Below, in pieces: positions 19,525 to 31,487 of a stretch of 64,000 nt of DNA. The stretch comes from Spirochaetia bacterium (lineage in GTDB: Bacteria > Spirochaetota > Spirochaetia > SZUA-6 > Bin103), in the NCBI GenBank assembly GCA_965203515.1, contig OZ241907.1, forward strand, positions 2,912,001 to 2,976,000, written 5' to 3'. Position numbers and translations under genes: made by a program. Positions within the stretch are counted from its first letter, which is position 1. The number at the start of each line of letters is the position of its first letter. Below the pieces are notes generated by a model. It made no database searches and was not told the DNA's origin. It saw only the letters and a list, made by a program, of their open reading frames with translations.

Positions 19525-20234
19525 CGCGTGATCATGATCGTCACGTCCAGGGCGATGCCGGCGGCGGCGTGGATGAGAAGGCCCGGCAGCAGCGAGCCGG
19601 TACGCACGGCGAGCATCCCCAGCGCCAGGCCGAAGGGAAAGGCGGCCGCCAGTTCGACGGCCGGATGGCCGATGTGCATCAGCGTCGACGCGAGCGCCTG
19701 CGGGGTGGCGGCCAGCAGCACGCCGCCAGCGCCGGCGCCGCGCCGCGGCAACAGCGGGAACAGCAGCGCGCCGCGGAACGTCAGCTCCCACGGCACGTAG
19801 TAGAAGCACAGGTACGCCAGCGCGTGCGCGGCCATGCCGACCGGCGACTTGGCCAGCTCCAGCGTGTAGGGCCGCGCGTACGGGTAGAAGGCGGCGAGCT
19901 GCGGGTCCCGCAGGGAGAGGACGCTGACGAACGCCGTGACCGCGCATGCCAACAACACGGTGACGGGGCGGATACGCTTGGCCCTGCGGACGCCGATCTC
20001 GCGCAAGCGGCCGCCGGCGGCGCGCAGGGCGACCGCCGGCGCCACGCCCAGCAGCGCGACGGCGGCGGCGAAGCGCACGGCATAGTCCAGGAACGGGGCC
20101 GGTTCGGCGCCCGCCAGCAGCCGGGCCAGCGGCGCGGAGCCGGGCGGCGTCACCGCGAGCGCGAACAGCGTCAACCCGGCGGCAGCGGTCACGACCACGC
20201 CCGCCAGATCGGACCGCATCGACCAGCCGGTCAC
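19521..20234 (-). CDS. CPBP/CAAX (Abi) family intramembrane protease-like protein
   Basis: WELTFRG, STLMHIGHP and LLIHAA; hydrophobic. Confidence 0.82.
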   Translation of the reverse strand: MTGWSMRSDLAGVVVTAAAGLTLFALAVTPPGSAPLARLLAGAEPAPFLDYAVRFAAAVALLGVAPAVALRAAGGRLREIGVRRAKRIRPVTVLLACAVTAFVSVLSLRDPQLAAFYPYARPYTLELAKSPVGMAAHALAYLCFYYVPWELTFRGALLFPLLPRRGAGAGGVLLAATPQALASTLMHIGHPAVELAAAFPFGLALGMLAVRTGSLLPGLLIHAAAGIALDVTIMITR

Positions 20235-21385
20235 CGGTTCCCTGCCAGCGCCGCGATCACCGCGCCGGCCACCTGACCGGCGCCGGTCGGCCGCGGCGCG
20301 CGGGCCAGCGCCCGCCGGGCGGATTCCAGCTCGCCGCCGACCAGCGCGCGCCGGAGAGCAGCCGCGAAGGCGCGGGGCGACGGAGCGTACCAGCCGTACC
20401 CGTTGCGGACGATGAAGCTGCGGCTGTGCCGCTCATTGGGAGCGCCGACCTGGGTGATCAGGAACGGCAGCCGCGCCGCCGTCACCTCCAGCGTGAACAG
20501 GGTGCCGCACTTCCCGGCGGCCAAGTCGGCGGCTGCCAGCAGAACCTCCATGTCATCGCGAAAGGGTAGCGGGATGACCCGGCAGCCGGCGAACCGCGAC
20601 GCCAGACGGCGCCGCAGCGCGGCGTTGCGACCGGTCGATACCAGCAACACCGCGTCCGGCACCGCGCGTATGCACGCGCGCACGAATCCCTCGGCGTCGC
20701 CGATGCCGGCGCCGCCCAGACCGTAGAAGACGACCGGCCGGCGTCGATCCAGACGCAGGCGGCGCCGCGCCTCATCGCGGTCCGGCGCCGCCAGGAACCG
20801 CCGGTGCGTGATCGGCGCCACCTGCTCGATGCGCGCGGGCGCCACCCCCGACGCGCGCAACGCGGCGGCGGCGGCGGCGCCCATGGCGAAATAGCGGTCG
20901 GCGCCGCACGCCAGCAGGTGATGGGCGCCGCCCAACTCGGTGAAGACGTACCAGAGCGGCGGCCGATGCCGGGCGCGCCGCCGAGCGTGGGCGAAGATGT
21001 GCGCGGTGCCCCAATGCGCGGCCAGCACCCCCGCCGGCCGTCGGTTGTCGAGCAGCTCGCAGGCGCGCGGAACCGCCGCCGCCGCGGCGCCGCGGTTGAC
21101 CAGCCGGCTCAGCGCCGGAAGCGCCGAGTCGCCGGCGAAGGCGAGCTGTCCGGCGCGGCGATGGCGCAGGATCCAGTCCCACGAGGAGACGTAGAAGCGC
21201 TCGGTGCGCGGCCCGCCGAGCGGCGCCGCGTCGACCGGCTCCGCCGCGCAGCCACGCTCGTCGAGCGCCGCCGCGACCGCGCGGGCGGCCGACAGGTGGC
21301 CGGCACCGGCCGCGAAGTACGGAACGATGACCGGTCCGGGACGCGCCGCTTTCCCCTGCGCCGGAGGGGCCGTCTCATCGTCCAT
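20231..21385 (-). CDS. MGDG-synthase-like glycosyltransferase (GT28)
   Basis: AGAGHLSAARA, LGGAGIG, STGRN, AADLAAGKCG and PNE motifs. Confidence 0.8.
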   Translation of the reverse strand: MDDETAPPAQGKAARPGPVIVPYFAAGAGHLSAARAVAAALDERGCAAEPVDAAPLGGPRTERFYVSSWDWILRHRRAGQLAFAGDSALPALSRLVNRGAAAAAVPRACELLDNRRPAGVLAAHWGTAHIFAHARRRARHRPPLWYVFTELGGAHHLLACGADRYFAMGAAAAAALRASGVAPARIEQVAPITHRRFLAAPDRDEARRRLRLDRRRPVVFYGLGGAGIGDAEGFVRACIRAVPDAVLLVSTGRNAALRRRLASRFAGCRVIPLPFRDDMEVLLAAADLAAGKCGTLFTLEVTAARLPFLITQVGAPNERHSRSFIVRNGYGWYAPSPRAFAAALRRALVGGELESARRALARAPRPTGAGQVAGAVIAALAGNR

Positions 21386-21516
21386 CGGTCGCGAGCGCGA
21401 GTATAGCGTAGAGGCGCGCCGTGCACGCGCCGGAGCGATGCCGGCTGCGCCGTTGGCGGTGGACAGCGATACGCGCCGGCCGTCAAGCTGCCCCCCGGTC
21501 GTACCGCGAAAGAGCC

Positions 21517-23316
21517 GTGTCAGCCGCGCCAGTTCAGTATCCGCCGATTCCCTACGGGCGAGCCAATTTCCGCAGCCTGCGGCTCGACGGCTGCCTCTAC
21601 GTGGACAAGACGCGCTTCATCCGCGACCTGGAGCAGGAGCGCTACGTGTTCCTCATCCGCCCGCGGCGGTTCGGCAAGACGCTGTGGCTGACGATGTTGA
21701 GCGCCTACTACGACCGCACCCAGGCCAAGGACTTCCAGGCGGTCTTCGCCGGCACCGACATCGGCCGGCAGCCGACCGCCGACCGAAGCCGCTACGTGGT
21801 GCTGTACTTCGACTTCTCGGCGTTCAAGCAGACCCTGCCGACGTTGGAGGAGCAATTCGAGCGGCACTGCCTGCTCCACGTCCGCGACGCGCTGCGGCGC
21901 AACCGCGACCTGTTCGACCATGACGCGGCGCGCGCCATCCTCGCCTCGCCGTCGATCAACGAAGCGCTCGAGGCGCTGTTCCTGTACGCGCGCGACCACG
22001 ACTTCCCGCTCTACGTCCTGATCGACGAGTACGACAACTTCGCCAATACCATCCTCGCCCATCAGGGCGCCGAGGCGTACCACGCGTTCACCCACGGCGG
22101 CGGCTTCTTCCGCAACTTCTTCGCCACGCTGAAGGCCGGCACCGCGGAGACCGGCTGCGTCGAGCGGCTGTTCGTGACCGGCGTCTCCCCGATCACCATG
22201 GACGACGTCACCAGCGGCTTCAACATCGGCACCAACCTCAGCCTGCGGCGCGAATGCAACGACCTGCTCGGCTTCACCGAGGCGGAGGTGCGGGAGGCGC
22301 TGGCGGCGTACCGCGGCCGGGGTCTTCTCGACCAAGACGCGGACGCTGCGCTGGCCGTAATGCGCGAATGGTACGCCGGCTACCGCTTCGCCGAAGGAGC
22401 GGCCGGCGACATCTACCACCCCGACATGGTGCTCTACTACCTGCGGGAATCGATTCCGAACCGGGGCGCCCCGCGCGACCTGATCGACGACAACATCCGC
22501 ATCGACTACGGCAAGCTGCGTCACCTGCTGCTGGTCAACCGCCAGGCGAGCGGGCGGCAGTACGCCGCCGCGGGCGAAGCCGAGCTGAACGGCAACTTCG
22601 ACCTGCTCCGCCACGTGATCGCCGAGGAACGGGTGGACTCCCCGATCCGCAGCAGCTTCCCGCTGCAGCGGCTGAGCGAGCGCGAGAACTACCTGTCGCT
22701 GCTGCACTGCTTCGGCCTGCTCAGCATCCGCGGCACGGTCGAGGGCACGCCGCGCCTCGGCATCCCCAATCAGACCGTCAAGCGGCTGCTGTACGGCCAC
22801 CTGCGGGCCGCGTTCGAGGACCTCGCGTTCACCGCCGACTTCCACGTCCTGGAACGGCGCATCCACGAGATGGCCTACCGCGGCGCGTGGCGCCCGGTGT
22901 TCGATTACCTGGCCGGCGCCGTCGCCCGGCAGACCGGCATCCGCGACTACCTGGCCGGGGAGAAGGTGCTGCACGGCTTCCTGGCGGCCTACCTCGGCGC
23001 CACCGAGCATTTCCTGTTCCACTCGGAGCGGGAGCTGAACCGAGGCTACGCGGACATCTGCCTGGAGCCGAACCTGGCTAGATACGCGGACATGCGGCAC
23101 GGCTACGTGATCGAGCTCAAGTACCTCAAGCCCGGCGCGAGGGAGGACCGGGTGGGCGCCGCGGCGGCGGAGGCGACCGCCCAGTTGCGCCGCTACCTGG
23201 CCGACCGCGAGCTCCGCCGGCAGTACCCGGCGGTCCGGTTCACCGGCTTGTCGCTGGTGTTCCGGGGCGCGGAGCTGGTTCGATCCGACGCCGTCCCGAT
23301 GCCGTCGGAGGAGTGA
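21517..23316 (+). CDS. AAA-ATPase-like protein with a C-terminal PD-(D/E)XK nuclease domain
   Basis: IPYGRANF, YVDKT, RPRRFGKT, LIDEYD and GYADI...VIELKY. Likely GTG start at 21517. Confidence 0.88.
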   Translation: MSAAPVQYPPIPYGRANFRSLRLDGCLYVDKTRFIRDLEQERYVFLIRPRRFGKTLWLTMLSAYYDRTQAKDFQAVFAGTDIGRQPTADRSRYVVLYFDFSAFKQTLPTLEEQFERHCLLHVRDALRRNRDLFDHDAARAILASPSINEALEALFLYARDHDFPLYVLIDEYDNFANTILAHQGAEAYHAFTHGGGFFRNFFATLKAGTAETGCVERLFVTGVSPITMDDVTSGFNIGTNLSLRRECNDLLGFTEAEVREALAAYRGRGLLDQDADAALAVMREWYAGYRFAEGAAGDIYHPDMVLYYLRESIPNRGAPRDLIDDNIRIDYGKLRHLLLVNRQASGRQYAAAGEAELNGNFDLLRHVIAEERVDSPIRSSFPLQRLSERENYLSLLHCFGLLSIRGTVEGTPRLGIPNQTVKRLLYGHLRAAFEDLAFTADFHVLERRIHEMAYRGAWRPVFDYLAGAVARQTGIRDYLAGEKVLHGFLAAYLGATEHFLFHSERELNRGYADICLEPNLARYADMRHGYVIELKYLKPGAREDRVGAAAAEATAQLRRYLADRELRRQYPAVRFTGLSLVFRGAELVRSDAVPMPSEE

Positions 23317-23367
23317 GCCACGCCCGCTCCCGGGGGGAACTGTCTGTCCGCTCCCGCCAGGACCGAC

Positions 23368-24803
<1,436 letters not shown>

Positions 24804-24807
<4 letters not shown>

Positions 24808-25124
24808 GACGGCGCTCCCCCGCCCTTGCCGGTCTCCTTGGCCTTGAACATCTCCAGCATGCGGTCGGTGACCAGGTAGCCGCCGACCACGTTGATGGTG
24901 GCGAATCCCACCGCCGCGGCGGCAAAGATGGTCACCAGCGTGCCGGAGCCGCCCTGCCCGGCCAGCGCCAGAGCGCCGACGATCGAGATGCCGGAGATCG
25001 CGTTGGAGCCCGACATCAGCGGCGTGTGGAGCTGCGACGGCACCTTGGTGATGAGCTCCAACCCAAGGAACATCGCAAGCACGAAGATGAAGAACAGAAA
25101 CTGAAAGAGTTGCGCGGCTTCCAT
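24804..25124 (-). CDS. pntA: NAD(P) transhydrogenase subunit alpha part 2 (membrane)
   Basis: LHTPLMSGSNAISG and INVVGGYLVTDRML. Confidence 0.95.
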
Positions 25125-25184
25125 GACCTTCTTGTTTGTCCTCGGACGCCGGGCGTCCGTTTTTCCAGGATGTGGGTTCGGCGG

Positions 25185-26324
25185 TTATCCCGAGGTGATC
25201 TTGCGGACCATCTCGTTGACCATCTGCCCGTCGTGGGTGACCAGGCTGCCGGCGATGATCTCGTCCTCGCGGTCGAGCTGCATGCCCTTGCTCTCGTCGT
25301 CCCAGAACTCGTCGACGTAGTTGTACAGGTTGTTGGCGTACATGGCGCTGGCGGACGCCGCGTAGCGCCCGGGGATGTTGCGCAGGCCGACGATCCTGAC
25401 GCCGTCGACCTGGATCTCCTTGCCGGGGACCGACCCTTCGACGTTGCCGCCCGACTCGACCGCGTAGTCGACGATGATCGAGCCGGCCTTCATGCGCCCC
25501 ACCACGTCGGCGCTGATGACGACCGGCGCCCGGCGCCCGAACAGTTGCGCGGTGGTGATGACGATATCGGCGTTGGCGCAGGTCTCCGCCATCAGCTCGC
25601 GCTGCTTGGCGAGCTGCTCCGGGGTCAGCTCCTGGGCGTAGCCCTGGTCGGTCTGACCGGTCGCTCCCAGGTCGACCTTGATGAACTTGGCGCCGAGCGA
25701 CTTGACCTGCTCCTCCACCACCGGGCGGGTGTCGAACGCCTCCACGCGCGCGCCGAGGCGCTTGGCGGTGGCGATCGCCTGCAGGCCGGCCACCCCGGCG
25801 CCAATGATGAACGCGCGCGCCGGCTGCAGCGTGCCGGACGGCGTCATCATCATCGGCATGACGGCGCCCAGCCGTTCGGCGGCCAGCACCACCATGGCGT
25901 AGCCGGCGATGTTGTGCTGGGAGCTGAGGGCGTCGAGCTTCTGGGCGCGGGTGGAGCGGGGGACCAGTTCCACGCTGATCGCGCTCACGCCCCGCCGGGC
26001 CAGCGCGTCGATCAGCCGGGGCTCATTGAACGGGTCCAGGAAGCTGACGTGGATGGCCCCCTTCCGCATGCGGGACACTTCGTCGTCCGGCGGGCGCCGG
26101 ACGCGCAGGACGATGTCGGCCTTGGCCAGCTCCCGCTTGCGGTCGGTGACGACCTCCGCGCCGGCTTCGCGGTACTGGTCGTCGGAAAAGTGGCAACCGG
26201 CGCCGGCGCCGGACTCGACGGCCACCACGGCGCCGTCCTTGCGCCGATAGCGCCGCACCGCGTCAGGGGTGGCGGCCGTGCGCGGCTCGCCGGGATCGGT
26301 CTCTTTGGGAACGAAGATGCGCAT
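25185..26324 (-). CDS. pntA: NAD(P) transhydrogenase subunit alpha part 1 (soluble)
   Basis: RAQKLDALSSQ, GAGVAGLQAIATAKRLGA and GGNVEGS. Confidence 0.95.
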   Translation of the reverse strand: MRIFVPKETDPGEPRTAATPDAVRRYRRKDGAVVAVESGAGAGCHFSDDQYREAGAEVVTDRKRELAKADIVLRVRRPPDDEVSRMRKGAIHVSFLDPFNEPRLIDALARRGVSAISVELVPRSTRAQKLDALSSQHNIAGYAMVVLAAERLGAVMPMMMTPSGTLQPARAFIIGAGVAGLQAIATAKRLGARVEAFDTRPVVEEQVKSLGAKFIKVDLGATGQTDQGYAQELTPEQLAKQRELMAETCANADIVITTAQLFGRRAPVVISADVVGRMKAGSIIVDYAVESGGNVEGSVPGKEIQVDGVRIVGLRNIPGRYAASASAMYANNLYNYVDEFWDDESKGMQLDREDEIIAGSLVTHDGQMVNEMVRKITSG

Positions 26325-26408
26325 CGCCCTCTATTTGTGGGGCGATCGGCGCGGAAGTCAACCGCGGCCGGATCGTGCCGCCGCGGCGGCGGCCCGGCCG
26401 GCCCCCGG

Positions 26409-27614
26409 TCAGAGTCCGAACGCCGCGGTCGCCTGGTCGGCGACGTCGCTGCCGATCGCCAGCGCGGCGGTGGCGGCCGGCGAAGGCGCGTTGAGCACGT
26501 GCACCGACCGCTCGCCGCGGACGATGAGGAAGTCGTCGACCATGGCGCCGTCGGGCGCGAGCGCCAGGGCGCGCACGCCCGCCCGCGAGGGCCGCACCTC
26601 CGCGTCGGCCAGCGACGGGACCAGCCGCCGAACGGCGGCGATGAAGCGCCGACGCGACAGCGCCCGTCCGTATTCGCGGATGCCGTAGCGGGCGTGGCGC
26701 AGCAGCAGTCGCCACGTGCCGCGGTAGGCGAGCGCTTCGAGGGCATCCCGCCCGCCGACGTCGGCCTTGCCGTATCCTTCGCGCTTCAGGGCGAACACCG
26801 CGTTCGGCCCGCACTCCACCGCGCCGGCGGTGCGCCGCGTCAGGTGGACCCCCAGAAACGGCAGCGCCGGGTCGGGGACCGGATAGATCAGCCCGCGCAC
26901 CTTGTGCCGGGCGGCGGGCGCCAGCTCGAAGAAATCGCCGCGGAAGGCGACGATGCGGGCCGGCGGGGTCAGGCCGTCGAGCCGCGCGATCCGATCCGAG
27001 TAGAGGCCGCCGCAGTTGATCAGATGGCGGCTGGCGCGGCGTCCGGCGCGGGTGTCGATCTCGATGCCGTCCGCGCTGCGGCGGATGCCGGTCGCCTCCG
27101 CCAGCGTGGTCACCGCGGCGCCCGCGTCCAGCAGCAGATCGCGCAGCCTGGCCGCCACCGCGTGGAAGTCGATGATGCCGGCGTACGGCACCCAGACGGC
27201 GCCCAGGCCGCCCGCGTGCGGCTCGATCTCCCGCAACCCGGCGCGGTCGACGATCTCGACCCGGTCGAGCCCGTTGCGCCGGCCGTTCGCGCACAGGGCC
27301 GGCAGGCGTTCGAGCTCCCGCGGGCTGACCGCCACCACCACCTTGCCGCAGGTCTCGTGCGGGACGCCGTGCTCGCGGGCGAACGCCACCATCTGCGTCC
27401 GCCCCCGCACGCACGTGCGCGCCCGCGCGGAACCGGGGCGGTAGTAGAGTCCGGAGTGCAGCACTCCGGAGTTGCGCCCGGTCTGGTGCAGTCCGACCTG
27501 CCGCTCCTTCTCCAGCACCAGCACGGCCAGGGAGGGATGGCGCTGCACCAGCCGGTACGCGGAGGCCAGACCGACGATGCCGGCCCCGATGACCGTGACG
27601 TCGTACCGGCGCAC
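26409..27614 (-). CDS. lhgO: L-2-hydroxyglutarate oxidase
   Basis: GAGIVG, HQTGRNSGVLHSGLYY, IYPVPDPALPFLGVH, GPNAV and NAPSPAATA. Confidence 0.92.
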   Translation of the reverse strand: MRRYDVTVIGAGIVGLASAYRLVQRHPSLAVLVLEKERQVGLHQTGRNSGVLHSGLYYRPGSARARTCVRGRTQMVAFAREHGVPHETCGKVVVAVSPRELERLPALCANGRRNGLDRVEIVDRAGLREIEPHAGGLGAVWVPYAGIIDFHAVAARLRDLLLDAGAAVTTLAEATGIRRSADGIEIDTRAGRRASRHLINCGGLYSDRIARLDGLTPPARIVAFRGDFFELAPAARHKVRGLIYPVPDPALPFLGVHLTRRTAGAVECGPNAVFALKREGYGKADVGGRDALEALAYRGTWRLLLRHARYGIREYGRALSRRRFIAAVRRLVPSLADAEVRPSRAGVRALALAPDGAMVDDFLIVRGERSVHVLNAPSPAATAALAIGSDVADQATAAFGL

Positions 27615-27726
27615 GCCTCACCTTACCACGGTCTGCAACGACCGAGGGACTCCGGTACCATCGCCAGCGGCGCGCCGCGGCAAAACGCGGCGACACGCCC
27701 AGACGCAGCTTCCCGGAGGTGCCGCC

Positions 27727-28185
27727 ATGAGTTCCGGTACGGTTCCAGAAGAAATCGACGGCGGTGAAGAACCGGTCGACGACCTCGATGAGGCGCTCGA
27801 AGTAACGCCGTACGTCTACTCGATCACGGCATACGGAGCGGACTACCCGGTCGATTCTCTGGTGAAGCGAATCAACGACGACGCCATCATGGTTCCTCGC
27901 TTCGACCTGACGACGGACGAGGGCTCCGAGATAGTGGGTTTCCAGCGCGAATATGTATGGCCGCGCACGAAATCCGATCGGTTCATCGAGTCACTTCTCC
28001 TCGGATTGCCGGTGCCCGGCATCTTCCTGGTACGACAGCCGTCGGGCCGCCTCCTGGTCCTGGACGGACATCAGCGGCTGCACACCCTCAGCTCGTTCTA
28101 TGGAGGTGTGATCGATCGTCGAGAGTACCGGTTGGAAGGGGTTGAGGACCGTTTTCTGGGTAAGCGAGGCGGCGGCGGCAACTAG
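27727..28185 (+). pseudogene. DUF262 (ParB-like/GmrS-type) gene, 3' part deleted
   Basis: FQREYVW, FIESLLLGLPVPGIFL and LDGHQRL; ends after about 152 codons, fused to the next gene. Confidence 0.8.
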
Positions 28186-28523
28186 ATACCACGTTTGCCC
28201 GTGCACGAGGTCTCGATGCCGATCCCGAGCTTCTTTCCGACTTCGCCCGCTATTTGTGCGTCCTGGTCTCCGGCTTCCTGGAGCAGGCGACGATAGAGTT
28301 ACTGATCGACTCCTTCGACCCGGAATGGCGAAGCGAACTGGAAACGTTCATCGTCGACGAGTACAAGGACGCGCTCGATGGGATTGTCGACCTTCGCAAC
28401 ACCGTGGCTCATGGCGGCTATGCCGGCGGAGTAACGCTGTCCCGCGTAGACGGGTACTACGCGCGCATCAAGACGATCATCGACCGAGTAGCCGATCTAT
28501 TGACTCCCCGTAACCTGCTCTGA
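28164..28523 (+). pseudogene. HEPN-domain gene remnant (RiboL-PSP/MAE_28990-like); start lost
   Basis: The frame after TAA 28161-28163 reads ARRRRQLDTTFARARGLDADPELLSDFARYLCVLVSGFLE...DLRNTVAHGG, with an RxxxxH motif and no start codon at the 5' end. Confidence 0.72.
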
Positions 28524-28544
28524 GGCTTGACCCCGCATGCCGGA

Positions 28545-28889
28545 TCAGCCTGCGGCTCTACGGCCCGCCAACGGCCTGCTGCGGCTCTCCTGCGCTTCGT
28601 CTATGAACAGTATCCGATCGGCGTCCCCCCGATATCCGAAGCGATCGAGCAGGTCCTCGAACTCGGCAAAGTCCGCGCAGTCGTCGATCGCGGAGCGGAC
28701 CAGCGTGTCTCGTTCCAGGTCGATCCGTACCGAGTCCTTGGCGGACCGGTCCAGCACGGCGTCCACGAGGGTGGTCTTGCCGACTTGGCGAGCGCCGTCG
28801 AGGAGGAGCACCGGCTTGTGGGGCACGGCTTCCGCGATGAACCGCTCGATGTCCCGCTCCCTGCGGCGAGGAACATAGAGGATTGCCAT
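28545..28889 (-). pseudogene. 5' fragment of an AAA_14-type ATPase
   Basis: GARQVGKT Walker A and LFIDEAQ Walker B, then an immediate end at 114 aa. Confidence 0.75.
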
Positions 28890-28975
28890 ATTCTCTACCC
28901 GATCCGGGCAGAGAATAGCCCGATTCTCTGCCCACGGGCAAGATTCGCCTCCCGGGGGGCGACTGGCGGGCCACC

Positions 28976-29024
28976 TTGACAGTCGCGGTCCGCTTCCTGT
29001 CTGCTTGCGCCGGTCATGAAGCTG
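28976..29024 (+). promoter_or_regulatory. Reused promoter/start block (TTGACA...ATGAAGCTG), copy 1
   Basis: Near-identical to 36454-36501 (+) and 51572-51620 (-); partial copy at 31278-31294. Confidence 0.6.
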
Positions 29025-29636
29025 AGACGTCGTTTTGGTTCGAGGAAGGCGGCCGCCGTAGCGGCGATGCTAGTGACCGGCTTGGTCGTGGCGCACGCGC
29101 AAAACGAGTACGACTTCGGGGACGGTCCGGTGCCGGCTCATCGGCACCCCAATGGCGGGGGCTGGGTAGCGAACACCGCCACGGTTGACGAGACGGTGTA
29201 TGTGGATGCAACAGCCGTCGTGTACGATAACGCTGAGGTCGGGCATTCCGCTCAGATATTCGGGACGGCGAGGATATATGGCAGCGCCTTGGTGGCAGAT
29301 CACGCACAGATTTCCGGTAATGCGCAGGTTTACGATTATGCGATAGTTGCCGAGAATGCGCAGGTTCGGGATGATGCGCAGGTTTACGATGATGCGGCGG
29401 TTTTCGGTGATGCGCAGGTCTACGATAATGCGCAGATTTTCGGTGATGCGGATGTTTACGGTGATTCGCGGATTTTCGGTAATGCACAGGTTTACGGTTC
29501 TGTGAATGTCCGACATGCCCGGATTTTCGATGATGTGAGGATTTTCGATGATGCGTCGGTTTTATATTATACGAAAGTTTACGGTGATGCGCAGGGTACT
29601 GTAGGATTACTTGCTACCGGACTCACGGACGAGTGA
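29016..29636 (+). CDS. Secreted hexapeptide-repeat (left-handed beta-helix-like) protein, copy 1
   Basis: Signal peptide ending AHA/Q; YDFGDGPVPAHRHPNGGGWVANTATV, then many [DN]AQ[VI][YF][GD] repeats with 18-nt periodicity. Confidence 0.8.
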   Translation: MKLRRRFGSRKAAAVAAMLVTGLVVAHAQNEYDFGDGPVPAHRHPNGGGWVANTATVDETVYVDATAVVYDNAEVGHSAQIFGTARIYGSALVADHAQISGNAQVYDYAIVAENAQVRDDAQVYDDAAVFGDAQVYDNAQIFGDADVYGDSRIFGNAQVYGSVNVRHARIFDDVRIFDDASVLYYTKVYGDAQGTVGLLATGLTDE

Positions 29637-29705
29637 CGCTGCTCAGCAGCCGGGGCAGCCGGCGCCGACGCGGCGCGGTCGCAGCTCCGGGAGTATGATG
29701 CCGCC

Positions 29706-31259
29706 ATGGGCAAACGGAAGCTCCCGGTCGGCATCCAGACCTTCCGCCAGATACGCGAGGAGGGCTTCTACTACGTCGACAAGACCAGCTACGCCCGCCG
29801 GCTCGTCGACGACCCCGGCAAGCACTACTTCCTGTCCCGCCCGCGCCGCTTCGGCAAGAGCCTGTTCGTCGACACCCTCAAGGAACTGTTCGAGGGAAGC
29901 GAGGAGCTGTTCCGCGGCCTGGCCGTTCACGACGGCTGGGAATGGACCACACGCCACCCGGTGGTGCGGCTGAGCTTCGGCAGCGGCAACTTCAAGCGAC
30001 CGGGCGTGCTGCCGGCGCGCATGACGGAGCAACTGGCGGACCTCGAACGCGAGTCGGGGGTGCCCGCCTCCCACGGCGCGACGGCGCCGGGGCGGTTCGC
30101 GCGACTGCTGGCCGCACTGCACCGGCAGACCGGGCAGCGCGTGGTGGTGCTGGTCGATGAGTACGACAAACCGATCCTGGACGCCCTGGAGGACCGGGAG
30201 CTTTCGACCGCCAACCGGGACGACCTGCGCGGGTTGTATGGGACGATCAAGGACTACGACGCTCACGTGGAACTCACCTTCATCACGGGGGTGAGCCGGT
30301 TCTCCAAGGTGAGCCTCTTCTCCGACCTCAACAACCTTACCGACATCACCCTCGACCCTCGGTACTCGGCGATCTGCGGGTACACGAACGCCGACCTGGA
30401 CGAGGTGTTCGCCGCCGAGCTGCCGGGTCTGGACCGGGAGCGGATAGCCGAGTGGTACGACGGCTACCACTGGCTCGGCGCCGAGCACGTCTATAACCCG
30501 TTCGGCATCCTCAAGCTGTTCGCCAGCCGCCGATTCCGCGCGCACTGGTTCGAAACCGCCACGCCGCGGTTCCTGGTCGACACGCTGATCGGCCGCGGCT
30601 TCGCGGCGCCCAACCTGGAGCGCGTCCACGCCAGCGAGGCGCTGCTGTCATCCTTCGACGTCGACCACATCGCCGTGGAGGCGCTGCTGTTCCAGACCGG
30701 CTACCTGACGATCGCCGCGGAAGACGACGATCCGGACGGCTATCCGCAGTACCGGCTGACCTATCCGAACCGGGAGGTTCGGCGGGGCCTGAACGAGAGC
30801 CTGCTGGACGCGCTGGCGCCCAACTGGCGGTCGGCCGGAGACGGCGGCGCGCTGCGGCGTCTGCTGACCGCGCAGGACTGGCCCGGCGTGGAGACGCTGT
30901 TCCGCAGGCTGCTGGCCGGCATTCCCTACGACTGGCACCGGCGCAACGACATCGCCCGCTACGAGGGCTATTGGTCGAGCGTGTTCTACGCCTGGTTCCA
31001 GGCGTCCATGGACGGCGTGGTGGTGGAGGACGCCTCCAGCCGCGGCCGGCTCGACATGGCGGTCTTTCTGGCCGGCAACGCCTACCTGATCGAGATCAAG
31101 GTAGCGGAGCGCTCGGAGCCGGGCGCGGCGCTGGCGCAGCTCCGGGAGCGGCGCTATGCCGACAAGCACCGCGCGCCGGGACGCGCCGTCCACCTGATCG
31201 GCGTGGAGGTGAGCTCCGCGGCCCGCGACGTCACGGCGTTCGAGACCGAATCCGCCTGA
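29706..31259 (+). CDS. AAA-ATPase-like protein with a PD-(D/E)XK nuclease domain
   Basis: LPVGIQTF, YVDKT, RPRRFGKS, LVDEYDKP and GRLDM...IEIK. TATGAT lies 6 nt before the ATG. Confidence 0.9.
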   Translation: MGKRKLPVGIQTFRQIREEGFYYVDKTSYARRLVDDPGKHYFLSRPRRFGKSLFVDTLKELFEGSEELFRGLAVHDGWEWTTRHPVVRLSFGSGNFKRPGVLPARMTEQLADLERESGVPASHGATAPGRFARLLAALHRQTGQRVVVLVDEYDKPILDALEDRELSTANRDDLRGLYGTIKDYDAHVELTFITGVSRFSKVSLFSDLNNLTDITLDPRYSAICGYTNADLDEVFAAELPGLDRERIAEWYDGYHWLGAEHVYNPFGILKLFASRRFRAHWFETATPRFLVDTLIGRGFAAPNLERVHASEALLSSFDVDHIAVEALLFQTGYLTIAAEDDDPDGYPQYRLTYPNREVRRGLNESLLDALAPNWRSAGDGGALRRLLTAQDWPGVETLFRRLLAGIPYDWHRRNDIARYEGYWSSVFYAWFQASMDGVVVEDASSRGRLDMAVFLAGNAYLIEIKVAERSEPGAALAQLRERRYADKHRAPGRAVHLIGVEVSSAARDVTAFETESA

Positions 31260-31275
31260 AGGCCGGCCTCCGTCG

Positions 31276-31450
31276 CCTTGACGGTCGCGGTCGCCCTGGG
31301 CCCGGCGATGCTGATCCGCGCCGACGCCCCCGATCCGTCCACCCGCATCGACCTGGAGATCGTGCGCGGCGGCGCGCCCGCCTTCCGCGGCGCCACCACG
31401 CGGAACTGAAGCGCACGCCGCAGGAGCTGTACCGGCACAACACCTTCCCG
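31276..31450 (+). pseudogene. Deleted duplicate of the FAH-family gene (promoter start fused to an internal fragment)
   Basis: CCTTGACGGTCGCGGTCGC is joined to sequence matching about 37023-37197, with two further small deletions. Confidence 0.8.
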
Positions 31451-31451
31451 C

Positions 31452-31487
31452 TTGACGATATTTCCATACTTCGTTTATTATAGAAAC
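31452..31487 (+). promoter_or_regulatory. Sigma70-type promoter with a putative ArsR operator; probably leaderless
   Basis: TTGACG-N18-TATTAT-N6-ATG; imperfect inverted repeat TTTCCATA...TATAGAAA. Confidence 0.6.
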
